DNA of 64,000 nt from Octopus sinensis (taxonomy: Eukaryota), in the NCBI RefSeq assembly GCF_006345805.1, contig NC_043001.1, positions 56,110,001-56,174,000 on the forward strand, written 5' to 3'. The notes beneath the pieces are model-generated. The model was not told where the DNA came from. It ran no database searches and was given only the letters and a program-made list of their open reading frames with translations. The translations under genes were made by a program, and so were the position numbers. Each line of letters opens with the position of its first letter. Positions within the stretch are counted from its first letter, which is position 1. Below, in pieces: positions 53,589-64,000 of the stretch.

Positions 53589-56500
53589 TATTTATGGTGA
53601 ATTAACGCGAAGCTTACAGCTGTTGTGTCCTGGCTGTAAATTCTCATTTGTACATTTCATCATAAGTGAATTAGGTTATGTACAAACAAATTTGTACAAA
53701 CACCTAGAAATATTTGGTTTCACGGAAAAAAGAGCATCAAACTGACGCGGATTCTCCAAATCCAATCTATAAGTGGCACAGGGGAGATTTACAAGACATT
53801 CTAGAAATTCTCCATGTGAGATTCTTATGTGAATAGATGGGGACACATGGGTGTAGCATCGACAGGTCAACCAATACACCAATTCAACCACAAATTCACA
53901 AAAAACTGGGAGCTCTCTTAACTCAAAAGGTGTTGTTGGTAAATTATCAACCGGCTTGAACTCGATCACAGAGAACTTAAATTAAACTTTAAAAAAATCA
54001 TGCATACGTACATACATACACACATGCATGCATACAATGCATACATACATACATACGCAGTACGTACGTACATCCCCAGCTTCTATACCTAGATTGTAAT
54101 TATATATTTCTATCAATATTATGTGGTGCACTTGAATTTGTGAGTAAATTCTTAACTGACAATCTGGATGAATCTTGGATTTTCGTTGTTTTCGTTATCT
54201 ACATTATAGCGATAGAGCTTTTATCATTGTTAGAGACCAGATCCTTCCTCGAGGGAAGAATTTAAATAATTAAAAACAATCTCGATACATGAATCCTTTC
54301 ATATGGTAAATACAGAATATTATTCAGAAGAGTGATTGGCCAATGCGACAGGAGAAATATTCAAATTAAATATTCGAATCTAGAAATTAGATAAAGAAAG
54401 AGTGAAACAACAAGGAAAGAAGAGGCTATTGTAAGGTATTTGAAGAAGAGGGAAAAGAGGGAAACTGCAGGCAATTGGCATTCATCATCTCAAGACCAAA
54501 ATCATATTATATAATATCTCCTGGTCTGTCATTAAGACAAGAAAACTGTACGAGGAAGATCGGGTAGCTTACCATTTGAACTGCAGAGAATTCCCCGAAA
54601 TTACACAAGAATATGAATATTCTTCTAAATATGTTGAGTGAAGTAATAACCTTCTGCCGTCATAAATTTTACCAAACGTTTTCATTTTACCACATACCAA
54701 TCCGTTCAAATCAACCTACGTAAGTCTAAGTATTTATTTTAAATTTTTGGTTTTCCTCCTTCCTGTATACCCTCTAGTTATCAGTTCTATATTATTCTAT
54801 TTCTCACAGCACAATTCTTTATACGAGATTCTTAGATTAAACGAAATCGTTAGCAAGTTACGGTATTTTTCTTAATACGTTTCTCTAAGTTTTTCTTTAT
54901 ACGCTTCTCTAATAGATTTCATGTAATCTAAGCAACCCCTTTAATTCTCTGTTGCTTTTCTAACATCCACAGTAATTAGTGGCAAGATTCACTGCAAGAT
55001 GGACAAGAAGAATGTAAATTCTCACTCATCACGATGGATAATGTAATAAGAAATAGCAGCCCGAAATCCTTAGCTGCATAACATTTATTGTGACTAGACA
55101 AAGAATCCTTTTGCAACGCAAAACAGTTCTGGAAGTATCTCATCTGCATGTAAGAGATTTCTCTCTTTCTCTTTTTCAACTATTAAATAGTCAACGATTT
55201 AAGAGGAAGGAAAAGCAAACAGATGAAATGTTGCCTTTTGCACATCCTCTCTTGTCTTTTTATGAACGTTCGTACAATGTTCACCTTAGGTTAGTTTAGC
55301 CTTAATCTGTGTTTTGAGTTGTGCCGCACCGACTATTCCATGGAAAAATGAAATAGTAATATACGCAACTACCCACAAAAAGAAAAAACAACTTCATTTT
55401 GAACAAGAAAAAGAAGAAAATTCCCAAATCAAAAATTAAGTATGCAGATCCTTCAAATGTTTGACCGAGAAGGGATTCTCTCCTCTTTAATGTCAAATTC
55501 ATCACCAGAGTCAAAACATGTAGTTTTATATCGCCCTTTCAGAGACTCAGGCATTTTTCACCGACCGACTGATCCTCTCATCTGCTTCTGTTCCTCTTTC
55601 TTTTCTCCAAGGCTATTTGGAAACACTAGGCTTGTTTTAAAACCTGCCTAGATAATATCTTCAATGTATAAAAAATTTAAGTTGCTCATAACTATATACT
55701 GTGTATATTAAACACTATATGTGTGTGTTTAAATACACACACATACACACACACACCACACACACACACATTATATATAATATACACGAATGCATTTATA
55801 TAATAGTTTATATAAATGATAGCAAAAATATATCTTATATATATTCTATAAGTACATTATATAATAAACACTTGCACATACTTATATCCTACGCAGCGAA
55901 GCCGATAAACATTCACAAACTAAAACTTTTCAGTGAAACCAAAGGTTTTAAACTTTAAAAAAAGGGTTAGGTATTTGTGAACTCACTCAGAACAGACTTC
56001 TCCAAGCCTAACTCTAGTCTTTGGAAATGACAGACAATACCTTTCGCTTAGAAGACGGAGAGATTTGATTCGTGGTGACATTTGGCTTGTCTGATGTTTG
56101 TCACTACGGTTTAAATTCTCATCTGGCTGAAATGGTCAAGAGAACAAGAACTGCAACAACAACGACAGCAATAATAAAGTCTTCTTTGAAATGATAATAA
56201 GATAAAACATAAAAAAATAAAATAAAATAAGCTCTTTCTCCAATCAAGGGACCAGATCTGATGCGTGGACTAATTGTTAGATTGAAAAACTAACGGACTA
56301 TCACATTTCCGCAATTCGGTTCAAGCCTTGATCTTCAATGTTCTGTGGCAGTGGAACGGTTCATTACTCATAAAATGTATTGAACCGTAATAAAATAAAA
56401 ATAAATATATTAAAATAAATAAAAAGAAAAAGGAGAGAGATACAATGAAACAGATAGGGGGGGGGGAGGGAGGGAGAGAGAGAACGAAGTGCTAGGATTG

Positions 56501-56659
56501 TGCGTGGATGAAAGAGAGAAATATATTGAATAAGGCGAGAATGGGTTGGAATAAAAGATAGAGATAGAGGGTGTGTGAGAGAGAGTGAGAGAGGAAGAGA
56601 GAGAGAGAAGGCGAGAGAGAGAGAGAGTGAGAGAGAGTGAGAGAGGAAGAGAGAGAGAA

Positions 56660-56693
<34 letters not shown>

Positions 56694-57292
56694 AGGTTTT
56701 GTGTATTGCATGCTCTTTGTTTCTGAGATAATTATGTGATGGAGAGAGAAAGAGAGAGAGATAAAAAGAGAAAGCAAAAGTGAGAGAGAGAGAGGAGGGA
56801 GAGTGATTGAGGGATAGAGAAATGGAGCTGAAGTTTCTTTCGCTATCCTTTATACTGCTCTTTGTCTCAATCGCTATCTTTTTATATTTTTGCTTTGATT
56901 TCATCCGTTCGTTCTATCTCTCGTCCTCCCCTCCCCTATCTCCCTATCTCTCTCACATACACAGTTGAATTCAATAATGCATTCCATACACAGGGCGCCT
57001 GTATGTTATGGATCGATGTGCCAGAAATAGCAGTTAAATCTCTTTAAGCCCGTAATCCTATACTTTTATTATCTTCAATCTGTTATTTTATGTCAGTCAT
57101 TGCGGCGTCACCTTGAATAAATCGATCACAGTGCTTACTTTTATTCTATCAACTCATATTGCCGAACCACTAAGTTACGGGGATGTAAACAAACCTATAA
57201 GTTACGGGGATGTAAACAAACCTACTGAAGTTGTTAAGCTGTGAGAGGAACAAACGCAAATACAGACATACACAGATATACATATATATATA

Positions 57293-57509
57293 CGAAGGAT
57301 AACTGAAATGTTCCTGGCTTTGGGTAAAAGGAAATACAGGAGTAACAGTTAATTATGACTTTATTCAACATATTTCCCTCTCAGATTCGCACAATTAGTG
57401 CAGTGGTCCTTCAGTTTTTCTTAGCCCTGTAAAAGAACTCGGAAGGTTGGGCCTCCAAATAGGCTTTTTGAGCTACCCTTAAAGCCCAGAACTTTTCAGC
57501 ACCCCCTCA
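57293..57509 (-). mobile_element. Mariner-derived MITE nested in the TA tract of a family A SINE (57075-57655)
   Basis: TIRs TA|CGAAGGATAACTGAAATGTTCCTGGCTTT and AAAGCCCAGAACTTTTCAGCACCCCCTCA|TA. Minus strand LEAQPSEFFY..CANLRGKYVE*. Confidence 0.75.
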
Positions 57510-58319
57510 TATATGAGAGTCTTCCACACAGTTTTCGTATACCAAATTCACTCACAAGTCATCTGTCGGGTCGGGGTTATGGTGCCGTACAGAGCGATTG
57601 AGCACTAAACCCCGTGGTTGCAAAACGAGCTTCTTAACCACACAGCCATAACTGCGCCAGCTAGACAGCCTTGTCTGAAAACCATGAGAAAAAAAGACAT
57701 GATCGAATTATGTAGCCCTATGTGTATTAAGTCTCAAATAAATAAATAGCTAGATGACTGTAAATAAAAACATAAATAAATAAATAAAGATGATAATTTT
57801 ATGTTCTGCTCATTCAAATGATGACTGAATTGAGCTAAGCAACAAAAATAACACGAAAATACGCCATTGTTCCCTATATATATACAGTTGAAATATATTT
57901 AATGATAATATTAGGTTTATACTCAAGCTACGCGCTCGTCAATGGGTAAACCAAATTTGAGACCTATTGATCTCTCACGGTAAAGAGAAAAATGTATTGT
58001 GTAGTTACAGGTGTAGATATAGCAAACACTAGCATGATTAAATTGTATGAAACACCATGAAACATTTACCAAATTATTTCAGTATGTGAAAGCCTATTTA
58101 ATGTTTTATAAAATATTTATATGTTTAAAACATATTTGAAAGCAATGTTCCAAATATTTAGCTATCGTGCTGTATTGCATTCAAAAGAATTTTACCATTT
58201 TTCATTGAATTGAAATATTTCGAGAAATTTAAAAAAAAAAAGTTTTGAACTGCAGCTGGTGAAATCAATAGTTGCTGCTGTTGTTGTTGTTGAGTTAGCT
58301 CTGATCGAACAGATATCTC

Positions 58320-58748
58320 TTATCTTTTATCTTTCACTTGTTTCAGTCAGTGAACTACGACCATGCGGGAGCAACGCTTGGAACAGTTTAGTCGGACAAA
58401 TCAACCACATTATTTTTTAAATCAGGCTCCACTTTCTCTATCACTTTCGTTTTGCTAAACTGTTAAGTTACAGGGACGTAAAAAAACTAATGACGGTTGT
58501 CAGTGAATGGGGTGAGGGGGACAAATACAAGCGCCCAGACATGCACATACACACACAGATATTACAGCGCTCGCACACACACATTACATACATACAATGG
58601 GTTTCAAACCCAGTTTCCGAGTACAAATTTACTCACAAGGCACACCAGGTCTATACTAGAAAACACTTGTCCAATTTGCTGCAGCAGCGGTTCCGAATCC
58701 AAAATCACTTGGTTGCTGCAAAGCTAGCTTCTTAACCACACAGCCATG
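58320..58748 (-). mobile_element. SINE family A (diverged)
   Basis: Reverse-complement match from tail to head (CTTAACCACACAGCCA). Confidence 0.72.
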
Positions 58749-58799
58749 TACAAGTATTTCAAGCCATAGCCATCTCACTGATTTTCAGATACAAAGACC

Positions 58800-59131
58800 C
58801 CCCCCCCTTCGGTCATGAATGAGCATGGGATTGCACCTAGAAAGTTCCTCTCCGAGGCCCAAGACCGGGCAAGGTTGTTTATGGAAGACCAGCAGTCGCC
58901 CATGAGTACTAGTCTCCCCTCTCCACGCCATCGATGTTATTCAAAGAAAAGACAAAAGCCGATACAGCTTGGCACCAGTGATGTCGTAACTAATTTTTAC
59001 AGCCGGGTGAATTGCAGCAATATAAAATAAAGTGCTTTGCACGAGAACACAACCCATAGCTCTGTCCGGAAATCGAACTCACTATCACATGATTGTGAGC
59101 CCGATGCTCTAACCAATGAGCCACGCGCCTT
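58800..59131 (-). mobile_element. tRNA-derived SINE family C2
   Basis: Minus head AAGGCGCGTGGCTCATTGGTTAGAGCATCGGG..GAGTTCGATTTCCGG. Second (interrupted) copy at 38736-39672. Confidence 0.8.
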
Positions 59132-59227
59132 TATATTATCGAATATGGCCCTTTTTCTAAGCTGAGTGGGCCGCGATTTTAATCAGTTTGAGCGACCCTT
59201 AAGAAACTCTCTTGTTGAAAATATATA

Positions 59228-59412
59228 GGCGCAGGAGTGGCTGTGTGGTAAGTAGCTTGCTTACCTACTACATGGTTCTGGGTTCATTCCCACTGCGTGG
59301 CACCTCGGGCAAGTGTCTTCTACTATAGCCTCGGGCCGACCAAAGCCTCGTGAGTGGATTTGGTAGACGGAAACTGAAAGAATCCCGTCGTGTATATATA
59401 TATACATATATG

Positions 59413-59494
<82 letters not shown>

Positions 59495-59720
59495 GTGTGT
59501 GTGTGTATGCATATATTTGTGTGTCTGTGTTTGTCCCTCCAACAGCGCTTGACAACCGATGCTGGTGTGTTTACGTCCCCGTCACTTAGCGGTTCGGCAA
59601 GAGAGACCGATAGAATAAGTACTAAGCTTACAAAGAATAAGTCTTGGGGTCTATTTGCTCGACTAAAGGCGGTGCTCCAGCATGGCCGCAGTCAAATTAC
59701 TGAAACAAATAAAAGAATAG
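59228..59720 (+). mobile_element. SINE family A, full length and near consensus
   Basis: GGCGCAGGAGTGGCTGTGTGGTAAG...CACCTCGGGCAAGTG...(TA)n(TG)n...CAGCATGGCCGCAGTC. Confidence 0.9.
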
Positions 59721-60013
59721 GTCAATTGTTGTTGTCTAGCTCTGTAAAGACATTTTTTACTCTTTGATCACCCTTTCATTTATGTACTGGGAATCCAGGG
59801 CTTCTCTAACCAGCGGTTGCTTTAAAGAAGGTATTCTTTTATTTCACTAAGTAAACAGGACTGATGCCATGCTGGAGCAGTGCCTTAAAGTATTGGCGTC
59901 TATTTGATCGACCCCAGTACTTATTTAGAATATTGATTTTGCTAAACTGCTAGGTTACGGGGATATAAGCAAGCAACACCGCTTGTCAAGCAGAGAAAGG
60001 GTAAAAACGCACG

Positions 60014-60055
<42 letters not shown>

Positions 60056-60806
60056 TACGTATGTATGTATGTATGTATGTATGTATGACAGGCTTCCACA
60101 CTGTTTCTGTATAGCCAATTTCCTAAAAAGGCATTGATCAATTTACTTATTTACTTATTTGTTTAAGGCCTGGTACTTATTCTATTGATCTCTTTTGCCG
60201 AACCACTAGGTTACGGGAACGGAAATACATCAGCACACAGACACACTGACACACACACACGTACACACGTGCGCGCGCGCGCCTATGATTGGTAAGCAAT
60301 CTTCATACCACACAACCACGCCTGGTCACATATTATTTTTCGAGGAAACAGTAGAATAGATAGATCCTGCTATTTTACTAGTACTTTATTTTATCGAATT
60401 CTGAGGTTTAAAAAATCCAGAAGGATTTGAACTCAGAATATTAACAGACATAACAAAAATATCTTAAAATATCTTAACCGTTGCTCGTCTAATTCTGCCA
60501 ATCTACCGTTTGTAATGAGGAGGTAATCACTTTTCAATTTGACAGGTCGATCTAACTATAAATAGATGGCGTTGCTTGTCCCAATTAATTTTCCCAAAGT
60601 AAGAAGATAACGACAGTAATTGACAAGTATTCCGTTATAGTTGAAGAGAATGATGTTCAAATCCTTTGATGAGAGTTTATTTTGCAGATTGAAATGTTTC
60701 TTTATTCTCCAGTGGATTAGGAAGTTCAAAGGAACATACACACACATGCATTTTAGCATACATGCATACATACATACATACATACATACATACATACATA
60801 CATACA

Positions 60807-60837
<31 letters not shown>

Positions 60838-60862
60838 TATATATACTGCATGATATTTACAA

Positions 60863-61015
60863 AGGCAGCGAGCTGGCAGAGTCATTAGCGTGCCGGAAAA
60901 ATGCTTAGCGGCATTGCGTCCGTCTTTACGTTCTGAGTTCAAATTTCGTCGAAGTCGACTTTTCCTTTTGTAGTCGATGAAATAAGTACCAGTTGAGTAC
61001 TGGGGTCGGTGTCAT
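60863..61015 (+). mobile_element. SINE family B, 3'-truncated
   Basis: GGCAGCGAGCTGGCAGAG head, GAGTTCAAATTT B box. Confidence 0.78.
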
Positions 61016-62710
61016 TGGTTGTCTCCACGCTGCAATTGCTTTCGTTCCAGCACACGATCTCAGATCAAGTCACTCGCTATGCAAGTACATCTCCGTAATA
61101 TATATATATATATATATATATTCTATTATTCTTTTACTTCTTTTGACAGAATGAATATGACGAATCCCAGATTTAAAAATAAGTACTGCGAGATAACTAT
61201 GATCGACAAAGCATTGAAATTGACACTGTGATTCTGCTAGGGTAGGGACACTGCTCTAATGAGTGTAAGAAAAGAGTAAAAAGGGCAAAACAAATATCAT
61301 CTTTTCGTGGAATCATGTGAGAACATGATTCCTATTCTAATTCACATATTTTACAGATTACACCTGAAAGAACCTGTCATCTGATTCATACAGGTAAGAT
61401 TAGTAAGGTGAGTGTGTTTTGGACCTATTGGATTTTAAGACATTAGCATCCTGTACACATCTGATAAGTGAGGTTTAGACCTGTTTTTAAAGGTTTGACT
61501 TTACATGTACAGCTGTCCTTCACAGGAACATTTGTTTACTTAGCGATTGTGTTGGAAAGAAATAAAGGAACTGTGAGTCAAAGAGAGAGAAAGACAGAAA
61601 AAGAGAGAGTGGAGTGGGTGGGAGAATTTGTGAGTGTGTGTGTATTTTGCAGTCTTAAATGTTCGCATGAAGTTTGGAGAGATAAGAACCAAATTTGTAG
61701 GTTGTTACATTTTAGATTCGATTTCAACAGCTTGCTAAAAAACGTAATGTAAGGTGGGAGCGTCCAAAATTAAGTTATACAAGGTGTTCCCTTTTCTAGT
61801 TGGTAGAGAGTGATTTGAGGAAGATGCGGCTGTTATTTCCTGCAGATTTAGGTTAAGCGAACATGTAGAGGCTTAATCATTTCATCGCGATGTTTGTGAC
61901 CGCAGCTATGCTGTAGCAACAGATTGAAAGGGTTTTAGTTGAGCAGATACACCTCAGCACTTCTTTGAAGACTGGTAATTATTCTATCGATTCCTTATTA
62001 CAAAACCATCCGGTTATGGGAGTCTAAACGAAAATACACCGGTTGCTCAGGAGCGATGAACAAACACAAATTCGTGCATGCGCACACAGCAGTGAAATAA
62101 TTTTCTTTTCTATTTCTCTTGGCGAGTTTGTTTTTAAATTTGTTGGACTCAGCTATTTCTAATTTCTATGTATACTCTGGCCACCGGATCTTCACAATGA
62201 CTTTGATTCACTTTATCTGAATAAAATCTGTTGGTTATAGGTTACGCTCTTTAAAATATATTAGTTCTGCTATAAAAATATCAGATTCCCAGTCAGAAAT
62301 GTATCTCTTCTTTCCGGGGTCACAAAGTCCAAACTACACTCCTGTTTAAAGATTCGAACTTTTTTTTTGTAGTGTGTTTTAAAAGATAAGACCCTTCGTG
62401 TAGAAATACTGAAATTTTATCCATTTCTTCTTGGTTGTTTAATTCATTAAACCTAAAAGAGTAAATCTCTTTCGAAATACTGATAAAATTTATACACCTG
62501 GCAAAGAGATGATAAAACTAGTTACTCGCGACATTCAAGACCGGAATTCACATCTAAAATTTCAATGGGAAATAACAGCTAGGCTCTTCTGGAAGAATCA
62601 GTGGGTTGACTAACACCTCGCTTTTACTAATTTCTTCAATTGGTTTTATGTATAATTCAGAAACAAACTAACAAAGAACATTAAAATTAATCAAAGCCGC
62701 GACTATTCTG

Positions 62711-62741
<31 letters not shown>

Positions 62742-62899
62742 TGTATGTATGTATGTATGTATGTATGTATGTATGTATGTATGTATGTATGTATGTTTGT
62801 ATATATGTATGTATGTATGTATGTATTATGTATGTATGTATTTATGTATGCATGTATGTATGTATTTGTGTGTGTGTGAGTGTGTGTGTATTGTAGATT

Positions 62900-63000
62900 T
62901 TATTTATGATTACAACATTCTAATATGTTCTTTCCTTATTTAAGACTAACGGTACATGGGGTTCTAGGGGTATGTATAGGATATGTATAGGGTATGTATG

Positions 63001-63032
<32 letters not shown>

Positions 63033-63926
63033 TGTATGTATGCATATGAGCAGATTTGTATTTTTTTTGTTTTATGCATGTATTCTCATGCATATAGTTG
63101 CATGTCTAGACATGCTATTAGATTTTACAGTTCCAGTGATAACTTGGATCTGTAGTCTTCGAATCAGCTTTCTCTTTTCTGGTCTTGAGAAGCCTAATTT
63201 CTCAAGATTGGTATTTAGGTAGAATGTTACTGTTGTGATGAGTGTCACGACACCCCCTTGTGAGAAATACTCTGTACCGAGTGATTATAAATAGTAGCGG
63301 TCGGAGTGAAGTTTGTGTATCAGTTCGAGTTGAATTCGCAGGGAAGTCGGAAGGTGTCGGTTGGTTAGTTCGTTCGAATATTGATTGTTTGTTCGTGAAG
63401 AGATTTTTGGATAGTCACCTTGTTATTACGGCTGCATCGTTATCTTGCTTATTGTTACAACACTGGTACAGTGTATCAAAATCATCCGGTACAATATCGT
63501 GGCGGCACTACGACATTGGAGACGGCGGATACAACATTTACATATTCTAGAGCCCCAATAGTTACAGACATAAACCTGAACTTATAATCTGGATAGAGTA
63601 ACTGCAGATTTCTCAAAAGTTGAGTGTAGGTATTCATTTTTCACTGGTCTTCGACTTTATATTAACATCCGCTGGGCAGCTGATTTCCACAACTGAATAC
63701 AGTTTTTCTTCTCTTTCTCAAATCATTATATCAGGTCTATTGTGTTTACATTTTATTGAGGTCTTCACGGGGACATTCCACCTATACTCCTTTTTATAAT
63801 GAGTGGCTATGGCTTCTACCATACTGTGGGTTCTTATTTCTTTGGCCTCGGGGTTATCCTTCCAACGGATCTTATTATACTACATCCTGTCTACAGCATT
63901 ATGTCTCATCGGTAGATAATACCATG
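62900..63926 (-). mobile_element. R4-like REL endonuclease 3' fragment in (ATAC)n, interrupted by a solo LTR
   Basis: Minus: WYYLPMRHNAV..HNRPDIMI*EREKKLYSVVEISCPADVNI..LLRNLQLLYPDYKFRFMSVTIGALEYV|TFYLNTNLEKLGF..LIRRLQIQVITGTVK. Confidence 0.82.
63231..63536 (+). mobile_element. Solo LTR (~306 bp)
   Basis: TGTTGTG...TACAACA termini, internal TATAAATA, 5-bp flanks GTTAC/TTTAC. Removing it restores the host reading frame. Confidence 0.8.
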
Positions 63927-64000
63927 ATGTATGTATGCATGTATGTATGTATGTATGTATGTATGCATGCATGCGTGTGTGTGTATTTTAAAGATGTTAT

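Overview
This is a repeat-dominated eukaryotic genomic window: AT-rich, with abundant (AT)n, (AC)n, (ATAC)n and (AAT)n microsatellites. The repeat families resemble octopus/coleoid cephalopod DNA (inference from recall, not verified). No host protein-coding exon can be supported; nearly all listed ORFs are microsatellite read-throughs or transposon remnants. Recognisable content: (i) many copies of at least five tRNA-derived SINE families; (ii) a dense same-orientation pile-up of R4/Dong-type retrotransposon 3' ends in (AAT)n at 3.4-10.8 kb, plus further R4-like, RTE and CR1 fragments; (iii) Tc1/mariner/pogo derivatives, including a palindromic mariner element; (iv) two solo LTRs with target-site duplications; (v) a fold-back element with a telomere-like core. 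The most striking signal is about ten short, mostly unrelated non-coding elements carrying minimal type-I hammerhead-ribozyme motifs with palindromic stem III. Several have Penelope-style inverted terminal duplications, and one (33.6-33.9 kb) is fused to a tRNA-derived Pol III head. These are candidates for a ribozyme-bearing, Penelope-dependent non-autonomous retroelement system.
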